Origin: Octopus sinensis
Taxonomy: Eukaryota
DNA: 64,000 nt
NCBI RefSeq assembly: GCF_006345805.1
Contig: NC_043000.1
Coordinates: forward strand, 122,388,001-122,452,000
Direction of reading: 5' to 3'
Position numbers and translations under genes: made by a program. Below, piece after piece: positions 38,541 through 50,592 of the stretch. How positions within the stretch are numbered: position 1 is the stretch's first letter; each line of letters begins with the position of its first letter. The notes under the pieces are model-generated. The model was not told where the DNA came from. It saw only the letters and a program-made list of their open reading frames with translations, and ran no database searches.

Positions 38541-39679
38541 GTGGAGCCTAACCCTAACCCTATAAAAGGCTTGTCGATTCCAGGATGCCATACTAGAGAT
38601 TGATCTCGCTACAGACTCTTACAACATTATTGTCGCCATCATGAGTATGCTGGTCAATTCCCATCCACGACAAAGGCGTGTTAATGAACTTTGTCAGACA
38701 GCAATTTTTCGTATCCTACACACATCGGCGAATAAATGAAACTCAATTAGACTGTATGCAATACACCGCATACAAGGAACGTGCACGGGCCTTATAAATG
38801 CTTTTGAAACCTAGAGTCAAACATAATATTTGTTTGTAATAATAGGTAAGTATTCTGATATGTCGTTTAAGCTGATGTTGCTTTACTAAGTAGAAGACAA
38901 AAATGGGGGCAATGTTTTTATAACATATTTTTCATTAGCATGGAATTTTGTCAGTGAACAGGTCGTGGTCTCAAAGCGACGAAAATATTTTGACAAATTA
39001 AATTTGAATGTTGAAGGGAATCTAACGGTTTTTGTGTGTTTCTTAAATGGCTTATAAACACCTTCCACGCTGCAATTGTTTTCGTTCCAGCACACGATCT
39101 CAGATCAGGTCACTTGCTATGCAAGTACATTTCCTTAGTTTCAATACTGTTTGGTTAATAATATTTTCTACCTTGGGTTTGCATTATGTACTCAACACCT
39201 TGAGTATCACAGATTTCAGTTCAGCCGCAATGGAGATGACAAAAGTGTCTCTCGCTTGCTGTTCATTGCATTATACTTCCCCTAAAATTCATAGACGTTC
39301 TATGCAATAAATTAGCTTTCTATTAAGATATAGATAAAGTACGTAATGTCAGAATTAAATAAGATTATTTTCTGCTTTAGCAAAACGGTTTACAAAGTAC
39401 CTGAGCAGCCTTTCAAATACTTTAGTTTCACACAATCCCGACAACATAATATATCAAACAGCTGTATTTTTGTAAATATATTTCACAATTTACACTTCTG
39501 TTCTATTTACATTGCCTGTTCGAAATACTACTTTTGTACAAATGTTACGTTGATAGGTTGCTATTCTCCTTGCATATGTCTGTTTGTTCTTTGCTTTATT
39601 ATTTTAAAACTATAAAGTATTTAGAAAAATCATCAAGTTATTTACGCGACAATATTTTAATATGTTTATATGTAATAGT

Positions 39680-40102
39680 AAGGGGGTGAACTGGCAGAAA
39701 CGTTAGCACGCAGGGCGAAATGTTTAGCGGTATTTCGTCTGTCTTTGCGTCCTGAGTTCAAATTCCGCCGAGGTAGACTTTGCCTTTCATCCTTTCGGGT
39801 CAATTAAATAAGTACCAGTTACACATTGGGGTCGATATGATCGACTTAATCCGTTTGTCTGTCCTTGTTTGTCTTCACTCTGTGTAGCCCCTTGCGGGCA
39901 ATAAAGAAAGAGAAAGAAAGAGGTAACATGCTTAGCGACATTTCGTCCACCTATACGTTCTGAGTTCAAATTCTTCCAAGGTCCAGCAGCTTATCCTCCT
40001 TTTGTGGGGTCCATGAAATAAGTAACATTTGAGCACTGGGATCGATATTATAAGCATCCATCCTGCATCGAAATTGCTAGCACTGTGACAAAATTTGAAA
40101 GC
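39680..40102 (+). mobile_element. Meta-type SINE heterodimer (tail-A unit + decayed older unit)
   Basis: Older unit resumes at atgcttagcg (~39928), slightly upstream of the usual junction, and ends in an aaatttgaaagcaat-type tail. Confidence 0.75.
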
Positions 40103-40185
40103 AATATGTTTTCTGTATAATGAAATTTGCTTCTTAGCTCTTGTTATATCAATCATTACAAAATATTGAATCAATATATATATAT

Positions 40186-40574
40186 TTCTCTACTACCCAC
40201 AAGGGGCTACACACAGAGAGGACGACAAACGGATTAAGTCAATTACATCGACCCCAGTGCGAAACTGGTACTTTATTTATCGACCCCGAAAGGATGAAAG
40301 GCAAAGTCGACCTCGGCATATTTTGAACTCAGTACGTAACGACAGACGAAATACCTATTTCTTTGCTACCAACAAGGGGACAAACAAGGACAGACCAAGG
40401 GATAAAGTCGATTACATCGACCCCAAATTCGTAACAGGTAATTAGTTTATCGAACCCGAAAGGATAAAAGGCAAAGTCGACCTCGGCGAAATTTGAACTC
40501 ACAACGTAACGGCAGACGAAATACGGCTAAGCTTTTCGCCCGGCGTGCTAACAATTCTGCCAGCTCGCCGCCTC
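40186..40574 (-). mobile_element. Meta-type SINE homodimer
   Basis: Junction 40354/40355; 17-bp TSD aatattgaatcaatata at 40162-40178 and 40575-40591. Confidence 0.9.
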
Positions 40575-41588
40575 AATATTGAATCAATATAACCTCTAGA
40601 TTTTGCTTTTCTGAATATATTTCGTTTTTATCTGAAATATATATTTGATAACAGTTTGTATACGATATTCCTTAGTTTATAATTGAAATACTACCTATAT
40701 TTGCACTACCTCTGTACACAGGAGAAAGCATAAATCAATGTCATAATACTATTTGTGGGTATTCACTGCATTATATTATGCCTCTATTTATATGAATCTG
40801 CATTGTAGCCCTATGAAAAGAACGCTGTTTCATAAACTTAAAGAAGTCAGTTCATCTGACATAGAACCTTAGCGCCTAATATATCATTCTTTTGAGTTCA
40901 ACTTTAGGGAATTAAATCCAGTCATTCATATCACTAGTTCTATAAGATTCGAATTTTTGCAAAGCATTAAATATTTAAGAATAAGCGTTGCCGGCGAATT
41001 TGTTAAGATGAAGCTGAGCACCCTTAAATGTAAAGTTGAGATAACTCATCACGTGTTGTTATCCTCCTTGCAGTGCTTGAATGGAAGAGAATAAGAGAAG
41101 AGGAGCTTTTCAATGGGATGCAGAATTGCACCAACCATTATTTGACTTCTACTCATGCAGTCACAAGGATGTATTATCTAATCATACCTTAACTATGTTA
41201 CAAACTAAACTGCATATGAATGATCTTAGTGTGAGCATATGCACCAAATTTAGGTTGCTCTAACGAAAGAATGCGTTTTTAAAAAATTCATTTTAAAGAT
41301 TAGTTGGAGATTATATATATATATATATCAATTTATTCTTTTTTATTCTTATATCGTTGCAGTAATTTGACTGTGGCCATACAGGGGTACTGCATTTAGT
41401 CGAACAAATCGATACCAGGACTTACTGTTTGTAAGCCTTGTATTTATTATATAGGTCGTTTTTGTCGAACCACTATGTTATGGGGACGTAAACACACCAA
41501 CGTCAGTTGTCAAGCAATGGTGGGGGACAAACACAGACACACATACATATATATATATATGTGTCATATATATATTTTTTTATATAAT

Positions 41589-42007
41589 AACGGTAGTTTT
41601 ATATAAGTTTAAAACTTGTGGCGATTACCGTGCAATAAGTAAGGAAAATAGTCTAATAAATGTGCATAAAAGCACTCGACAGAAAAAGAAAAAGATGTTC
41701 CTATCTATGTGAGACTCGAACTCACATCCCTTTCTATAGTTTGTAATATATTTGTTGTTGTTTTTCTTCAATTTCTGCAATTCCAACCAATCAGTGACGT
41801 CTATTGAGTTAAAAAGCATTCTGTGCCGTATGAATATGTCCCTCGTTTAAGAAACAGATTGAGTTTATTTACATTTGTGAAAAAAAAAAGATACCCTTCC
41901 CCCACCCCTAACCCTAACCCTAAAAGAGATTAAAATGCAATAGATCGATACTAGGGTTATAATTATGGGTGAAAATTTCATATGACACCGCTAGAAAAAC
42001 TGCCGTT
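41589..42007. mobile_element. ~420-bp non-autonomous element with 12-bp terminal inverted repeats and internal (CCCTAA)3
   Basis: aacggtagtttt (41589-41600) / aaaactgccgtt (41996-42007); ccctaa x3 at 41906-41923. Confidence 0.55.
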
Positions 42008-44229
42008 CAAATCGAAAAGATCCCTACACAAGACCTAGGCAAGACACTAGGGTAGCATTCAAGTCATTATACTGCACATTGCAAAACAGGCGTGATTTGA
42101 AAACTAAAGATAAAGAACGTTTGAAAAATTGATGGAACATAACACAGCAAGGAATTGAAATAAAGAATCAGTTTATCACTAATTGGTACATTACAAACGA
42201 AGACAAACTGGAATTGATTGGAAAATTACAGGTTAAATAAACTACATATACTTGTGTATTTTATGAATTTCCACTGTGTTGATGTGACATCTCCATCTTG
42301 CTATTTGTTTCAGTGTTTATAAGTCTTGTGACGATATATTTAAGCAAATAAACATACTAAGAGCAAAATAATGTAAAATTTGGAGACAAGAGTAAAATTT
42401 TACATTCAGATAATATTTACCGCAATATATTTTTAAATAGGTAAATATATATATATATATATATATGTACTTCTGTCTGTTTCAATGAGTGTGTTGCATG
42501 TTTTTTTTCTTCTTTTTTCTGTGTGTGAGTAAATAGGATGATATGTGCATGGAGTATGTATGTCTGCAGCTTGCATTTACTAAATTCTTAGATAATACAC
42601 GAGGCAAAACTGTGTTCGAAAATTCTGTGCTGTGAGTATATTCAAGATGAAATAAATTATCAAGAGTGTATATGTGTTTTTATTTGGGTGAGTGTGTGGC
42701 GTCAGGAAGGGGTAGCATATTTGACAATGTAACAACAGATCACATTCTTAAAGGTGGTTCGAATGATTTTTTTCACAGCCTGCCACCCACCTCTCAAATG
42801 TGGTCCCAATTAGCTTTATGCACGCAATCACGGCCACGCTCCGGGAGACTTCATCGACTGGCGGACTAAACAAGGTTAGGTTAGCCAATATGTATGTAAC
42901 TTTCCCTGAGTGAGGGCTTGTCTGCCAATTCATGTGATGATTGGGTCGGGTAGACTCTGCAGAAAGGTGAGTGAAAAAATGATGACAATTGTATGATTTT
43001 CTGCTGCCCTGAGGTTTGCTTTCTGTCATCTCTCTTAATTGCCTGACTTAAATGACGTTAAGAACATCTCATGGCTACCGAATATCTGTAATTCTTGTAC
43101 GCTCTCATAGACATTGCCTCTAGACTAAATAAAGTAGATGATTTGAAGTAACAGAGTCGTTTGATTTGTCTGTCACTCCCACACCCGTTACAGCCTCTCC
43201 TATTTTCTTTATAAATTCGAATCTTAGATATTTCCTTTACAATACAAATTATCCAACAATGTTGCTTGGATTCATCATCACCTGTTTATACCTGTTTAGA
43301 ATTTTATCTAAAGACGGTGGGTAATATTCTATGATGTAATCTATGAATACACCAATAAAATTTTATCGAAGCAGCTGTCATACGTTCTTAACTCCATTTC
43401 TGTTCTTTTTATACATACGGATCCGCTATAACCAGTCTGGAGTCAACTGAAGTTGAGTTTAAATTGCATTTGGTACTTACATGCCTACAGTATCCTACCA
43501 ACACCTGATGCCTTCATGGTTATTGTGCTTAAATATATATATATATACCTTCGGGGGAAGTTACACACCTGGCATTTATATATTTATTACTAGCTGAAAA
43601 ACAAGACAGAAAGAGTATAAATCACCCTAAATACATGTTGATGTGGTCGGTGAGTCGAGGACCATTTCAATGTACCAGAATAATTCTGAAAGACGTTCCT
43701 TCCTCTTGGTGTTTCAGATGTAGATAGTATTCTCTTTCTCTTAGACGACAGGGTATGATGTGAAGGAGATTTGTCTTTTATTTATCTATGATTATACAAC
43801 CATGTAAGAACATACTCACAAGCTCATGCAATAATGTATATTTAAAGAAACTTTTTTATCTTTTACTTGTTTCGGCCATTAAACTGCTTTGAAGGATTTT
43901 AGTCGAACAACTCCAATTCAATATTTATCTGGTATTTATATTGTCAATCCGCCGCGATAAACGATGTAAAGAAACTAACGCTATTTGCCAAGCAAGACAG
44001 AAGTGAGCAAACACAGACACAAAGGTTCACACAGATAAATACATATATAGGCGACAAGTTTCTAGTTTTCCTCAACCGAATTCACTCCTCTAACATGGTG
44101 TTGGTGGGGCCCTGGTTTTAATACAAGACAATTACCCAAGGCATTGGGCAGTGAGACTCTTAACCAAATACTCATGCCTTCGCCAATTAAGTTATACCTA
44201 GCTTTTAGCTTAGATTTTAGTTGCTTAAC

Positions 44230-45228
44230 AGCTTTTCTTGTTTCCTACTTTTCTTCGTAGTTTTCGGGTACTATGACCTCTTTCTTGTATTTTTCGGTTT
44301 CCAGAAAACAGTTTTGGTTCTTTTGCTCATATTTTACTGCTAATTGTACCAGTTTTCCCTGTTTCAGAGTTAGATATTCTCTAATCCTATGGTGGTTATT
44401 TTATAGTAGCTTTCTAGGTATATAAGGCCTCTAGCTCTTTTTATACGTAACATTTCTATTTCAGAGTTTGGGTGGTTAATGCTAAATTCCGTCTTTCATG
44501 TCTCGTTTAGTTAGTTCATTTCGTGTCGAATTAACAATATTGGAACTGTACCTTACAACTGAGACATCTAGTGTATTGATACTTATCATCCTGTTTTTTG
44601 CATTGAGCTCTGTTTTAGTATTAACGTAATTCATCTATAGTATCCCTTCTTTATATACTCTTTCATCTGTGTGTGTTGTACCGCATCCAATTCATTAATT
44701 CCTAGGTATCTGTATATCTGTGTTTGGTTTGATTCTCTTATTTTATTTTATTTATCTAGTGTGATATTGTTAATCTTAACTAGTTTTCTTCTTTTTGAGA
44801 TTGCTTTATCACAATTTTCTAAGCAGAATGTCATGCTTATATCTTTGGTAAATCTATGCACATCTGTAGTAAATTATCCGGTTGTTTATTATTTACAGCA
44901 TACAGGTTTAGATCATCCATAAATCAAAGATGGTTTACTGTTTTACCGTAGCAGTTACATCCACATCCAGGTGTTCACGATGTTAATTAAAGGCAAAAAG
45001 GAGAGGAACATTCCTCTCCTAATGGAAATGGCTTTAGTTTTTTTTTAGCTCCTCTTTTGTCTGGAACTACAGCACTGTTTGTCATTTATTTATGGCCTGT
45101 TTTGCATATATTATTTTGGTTGGTGCTACCTTGTTCATGACTGGTGTTTCCAGGAGCCATATATGGAGAATACTGTCAAATGCATTTTGGTAATCGATTC
45201 AAATCATGCTCGGCCTCTTAAATTCATA
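44230..45228 (-). mobile_element. R4/Dong-type non-LTR retrotransposon RT fragment
   Basis: Minus: IDYQNAFDSILHIWLLE; AISIRRGMF; HL*FMDDLNLY; RFTKDISMTFCLENC; YRYLGINE; TELNAKNRMISINT. Confidence 0.8.
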
Positions 45229-45231
45229 ATC

Positions 45232-45233
45232 AC

Positions 45234-45271
<38 letters not shown>

Positions 45272-45290
45272 TATTATTATTATCATTATT
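45232..45290. repeat. (TAT)n microsatellite
   Basis: Direct. Confidence 0.95.
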
Positions 45291-45694
45291 TTATTCTTTT
45301 TTCTTTTAATTGTTTCAGCCAATTGACTGCGGCCATGCTGGAGCACCGCCTCTAGTCGAGCAAGTCGACTTTAGGACTCATTCTTTGTAAGCCTAGTATT
45401 ATACTATGGGTTTCTGAATTTGTAAAACCACAGAGGAAAACACTTGGCAGCTTTTCGTCCATTCCTACGTTCTGAGTTCAAATTTCACTGAGGTCGAATT
45501 TACCTTTCATCTTTCGGGGTCGATCAAACAAGTACCAGTTGACTACTGTAGTCGATGTAATCGACTAGTCCCTTCGCCGAACTCGATGTCATTGTACCAA
45601 TTTGAAAGCATTAGTTCTTATATACAACAAGTTCTCATATATAATATAGTTGTTAAGAAAACCGTTCTGCAGTTACTGGCACACACGCGGATAT

Positions 45695-45748
<54 letters not shown>

Positions 45749-46762
45749 CATACATACATATAGAAAGTAAGTGGTAGACTGCCGAGGAAAAGATGTCTGC
45801 ATACATATTACATCTCAGACCTATAATATTTTCGATGTAACTTAAGAACCGGAAGTCAAGATTTTAGAGAAAGTAGTAATTTAATAGATATAAAGATCTT
45901 TAGCAACTTCAGCTGAGACATGTTTCAACTATTCCAAGGTCTTGTTACCTGTAGCTACCATTATTTTACTAAGTAACCAATAATGCTATTAACAATAAAT
46001 AACACTGGATGAAGATTAAGGTTATATATTATTTTGTGGCTCTTTACTTTGTTTGTTCTCGAAGCAAATTGCAAAATATGATAAAAGTTCAGTGAGGACA
46101 GCTGGAAGATTTAACTGCTCTAGTCTGCAAAAAGCAGACTTTGCTATGAATATATCAATTTTTGAGAGATGAAAATATGTTTCTCTCGATTGTATTTGAT
46201 GCCGTAAAACATCTAGACGTTATTATATTGCTTGCGCACGTTCATAGCAGAGTTTATAGCAGGGGTTAAAAGCTTAAAGTTTTATATTGACATTGGTACA
46301 ATGATGACTGCAAGGAAGTCACAATAAAGTCTCACTACTATATAAAAGAATGTTAATCGATGCATTGTTAAAAGAAATAAAGTGTTAAAGTCAATGCAAT
46401 TCAGACGTCACTTTCTTCTCTCATCTTCGCGTTCAAAACCTTCTAATATCCACTTTGCTTTTATCTCTTCCAAACCGATAAAATACGTCCAAGTTGTGCA
46501 TCTACTTACCTACCCCACTTGTAAAAAAACAACAACCAAATCTAACATTAATTGACAACTAGTCACTTCAAAATAAAAACAAAACTGACGTAGTATATTC
46601 ACCTGAATGCAGTTTGTGTAAAAACAAAACACTGATTGATTCGCTTTCTGGAAGGAAACAAACGCTGGGTTATGCCGTTGAAGCAGCAACGTCATAGGTA
46701 TTCAAATCGTATTGAATGAGACTTAAGTTCCTGAGTTATTCAAGTAATATTATTATTAATTA

Positions 46763-47175
46763 AAGAGGTGAACTGGCAGAATCATTAACATCACCAGGCA
46801 AAATGCTTAACGGTATTTCGTCTGCGGTTACGTTATGAGTTCAAATTCCGCCGAGGTCGACTTTGCCTTTCATCCTTTCGGGATCGATTAAATAAGTACC
46901 AGTTACACACTTGGGTCGATATAATCAACTTAATCCGTTTGTCAGTCCTTGTTTGTCCTTTCTGTGCTTAGGCCCTTCTGGGTAGTAAAGAAATAGAAAT
47001 AGGTATTTCCTTCACCTTTGTGCGTTGAGACTACATTCTGCCGAATGTCGACTTTGCCTTTCATCCCTTCATCATTTCGCGGTTTATAAAGTAAGTACCA
47101 TTTAAATACTGCGATCGATGTAATCGACTTGCCCCTCCCCCAAAATTGCTGGCCTTATGCAAAAATTTGAAATCA
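46763..47175 (+). mobile_element. Meta-type SINE chimera: diverged head + young tail-A unit + diverged tail-B unit
   Basis: Units start at gtatttc 46813 and 47003; head and distal unit deviate from the consensus more than the middle unit. Confidence 0.8.
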
Positions 47176-47402
47176 GTATAATAAATCGGTAAGGTGGCGA
47201 GCTGGCAGAATCGTTAGCAACGCCAGCCAAAATGCTAAGCGGCATTTCCTTCGTCTTTACGTTCTGAGTTCAAATTCTGCCAAAGTTGATTTCGTAATAC
47301 CTCCAGCAAAGTCAGATAATCACCGATATAAATGAGTGTGTTTGTGCGTGTGAGTGTGTGTGCGTGTGCGTTTCTGTGCATGTATGTACATATGCGTGTA
47401 TG

Positions 47403-47457
<55 letters not shown>

Positions 47458-47641
47458 GTGGTACAACAATGCAGCAATATATACTGGAAAAGCAGCCGAT
47501 AATATACTGGGAAGCAATACTACCGTATTGCGCTATTTCATAATTACATATATATAGAGAGATTAACTTCAATATATATATATATATGGCCACAGTCCAA
47601 TGACTGAAACAAGTCAAAGAGAGTCAAAGAGAGTATATATG

Positions 47642-47692
<51 letters not shown>

Positions 47693-48207
47693 ACAGATAG
47701 ATATATAGATACATAGATAGATATATAGATCAATATGTATATATATATATCTATATATATTTATCTACATATATATATATATACACATACAAACAAACAC
47801 ACATATAGTGAAGAATAGAGAATTCTTTGTCTTTAGAAATATGTTATCAAAGTGTTGCTTTTTTTATTGCATTACAACACAGCTCTTTGTTGGGCAAATG
47901 TCTTAGTGTCCTTTATGAACTTAGTTGATTTACGTTAACTTCACGTTATTCACACGTGTGGTAAACACTTCGGATAAATCTATATAAGTTTATTAACCTT
48001 TAGGTTTGACCGTATACTGCAACTGATTTAATGTTATTCAACTAAATGCAGAATGCTGTTATATCAAAGGGCGCTTAATTACTTATGCAATAGAAACACA
48101 TGTCGGAATATAATATGAAGAAAATGCTTGAATAAATAAATTTTGTAGATGCATAATCCCCGTTTTTTCTGGGTTTTTTTTTCATAATGTCTTGATTAAA
48201 TACTCTC

Positions 48208-48412
48208 AACGTTAGCACGCCAGGCGAAATGCGTAGCCGTATTTCGTCTGCCGTTACGTTCTGAGTTCAAATTCCGCCGAGGTCGACTTTGCCTTTCATC
48301 CTTTCGGAGTCGATGAATTAAGTACCAGTTACGCACTGGGGTCGATGTAATCGACTTAATAGCTATGTCTGTCCTTGTTTGTCCCCTCTATGTTTAGGGT
48401 AGTAAAGAAATA
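48208..48412 (+). mobile_element. Meta-type SINE monomer, 5'-truncated
   Basis: Match to family 3. Confidence 0.85.
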
Positions 48413-48653
48413 CATTCTACAAGGAATCCATTGAAGCTGACTCACGATTTGCCTACCGAAGAATGTACAGTTTAATCTTTTACTTTACACGATTCTAAAT
48501 TTTTTCATTTATTCGATGTATATAGGCAACTCTGTAGATCCTCCAATCCCAGCTAGATATCTGCCTGGATTTTGAATCCCTATTCCTTTAAGACACACAT
48601 ATATGTGTATGTCTCTGTGTGTGTATATATACATATGAATATATGTGTATACA

Positions 48654-48969
48654 TGGAGGCGCAATGGCCCAGTGGTTAGGGCAGCGGACTCGCGGTTGTA
48701 GGATCGCGGTTTCGATTCCCAGACTGGGTGTTGTGAGTGTTCATTGAGCATAAAACACCTAAAAGCTTCACGAGGCTCCTGCAGAGAGCGGTGGCAATCC
48801 CTGCTGTACTCTTTCGCCACAACTTTCTCTCATTCTTTCTTCTATTGGCCTGCTCGCTTAGCCAGCGGGGTGGCGTCATTTGAAGGCTAAAACAATGCGA
48901 AGCGCATTGTGACCAGCGATGTGCAATAACATCTAATAGCTTGGTCGGTAACGGTGACGGTGAGGGTGA
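48654..48969 (+). mobile_element. tRNA SINE family 2, tail a
   Basis: Full head/body and a cggtgac-repeat tail. Confidence 0.9.
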
Positions 48970-49039
48970 CATATGTATACATATGTATACATATTCCTAC
49001 CGCTCTATGTCACGCTGGTGAGACCCATATTGGAGTAGG

Positions 49040-49522
49040 GAATTCAAGCCTCTTCTCCTTATCTCCTCAAAGATATACATCATCTCGAAAGAGTCCAGAA
49101 GCTGGCTGCCCGCATGGTTCTTGGTCTCAAGCATTTTTCCTCTGAAGACAAGCTGAAGACAAGCTTTATTCTCTAGAACGACGACGCCGTGGTGATCTCA
49201 TTCTCGCTCACAACATCATAAGCGGAAAGTGTAACCTCTCGAAAGAGCTGTCCTTCACTCCTGCTCCAGAGCGTCGGCTGCGGGGTCACTCCGAAAAGCT
49301 GTATCTGCGACGATTTCATCTCAATCGAAGGAGAAGGGCTTTCTCCGTCCGGGTTGCGGATCCGTGGAATAAGGTGCCGGACGACAGCTCGGTTCAAAGT
49401 CTCTCTTGACCAGAAATGGCCTGAACTCTTTGCATGAACACCCTCCCTGTACATAACTCCATGTCCCCCTACATGGCCTTGATTTTTGCTTTTTGAGCCA
49501 AAACATTAACTTAGCTTAACTT
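49040..49522 (+). mobile_element. CR1-group LINE 3' end
   Basis: SPYLLKDIHHLERVQKLAARMVLGL; LERRRRGDLILAHNI; LRGHSEKL; FSVRVADPWNKVP; (ttaac)n tail. Confidence 0.85.
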
Positions 49523-50193
49523 ATATATATGTTTGTGTGTGTGTGTATTTACATATGGACAAGGTTACAGAAAGTTTAAAAGTTACACATACAAACTATA
49601 ACATTGACTAAAAAGCAAAACAAAAAATGCAAACAGATTTTATTTGGAATCAATGGCCTATCAAGACAGCGACTGGGTCTTAAGAATTTTTGCTGTATAA
49701 AATTCACGAATAAATTACAGAGAATGCCTTGAGGCTGTGAAAGTGAGGCCAGTTTTCATTTCATAGCTTTTATGATAAATGTCTTGCCGTGTGGTGATGG
49801 TGGTGTATTTTGGTCGTGGTGGTGTAGTTCGTGGTGGCGGTGTATTTTGAAGTGGTGGAGCATTTTTGTGGAATTGGCGTATTTTGGTTGTATTTCATCC
49901 TTCGTTTCTTTTTGTTGTTCTATTGTTTGTTATGTTTTGGTTGGTTCCATCTTGTTGTCTCCTGTTTACGAAAAGAATCACGTTGTCTGCAGAGTCCTTA
50001 ACTAAAAAGCCAGAGTTAAAAGAATGGAATCCGTGACTAATGGTCTTTTATAGTTTGACAGACCGTGTGATTGGAGTTTTGCGAAAAAAAAAGAGAGAGA
50101 GAAATAAAAGAAAGCGTAAAAAAGAATGAAACAAGGAATCAAAATAAGACGATGTAGAAATATTAGCTTGAGAAAGAAAATGAGGGTGGAAGA

Positions 50194-50194
50194 C

Positions 50195-50267
<73 letters not shown>

Positions 50268-50592
50268 GTGATGGTGATGATGATGATGATGATGGTGATG
50301 ACGACGACGATGACGACAATAATAAGAATAATAATTGGGAGAAGAAGAAGAAGAAGAAGAAGAAGAAGAAGAAGAAGAAGAAGAAGAAGAAGAAGAAGAA
50401 GAAGAAGAAGAAGAAGAAGAAGAAGAAGAAGAAGAAGAAGAAGAAGAAGAGAAGAAAAGAAGAAGAAGAAGAAGAGAAGAAAAGAAGAAGAAGAAAGAAG
50501 AAGAAGAAGAAAAGAGAAGAAGAAGAAGAAGAAGAAGAAGAAGAAGAAGAAGAAGAAGAAGAAGAAGAAGAAGAAGAAGAAGGAGAAGGAGG
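50194..50592. repeat. Compound (GAT)n-(GAC)-(AAT)-(GAA)n trinucleotide tract
   Basis: Direct; explains the poly-D/K/E/R ORFs. Confidence 0.95.

Noticed and set aside
46503-46700. Perfect minus-strand donor AG|GTAAGT
   Set aside because: No convincing coding frame or acceptor upstream.
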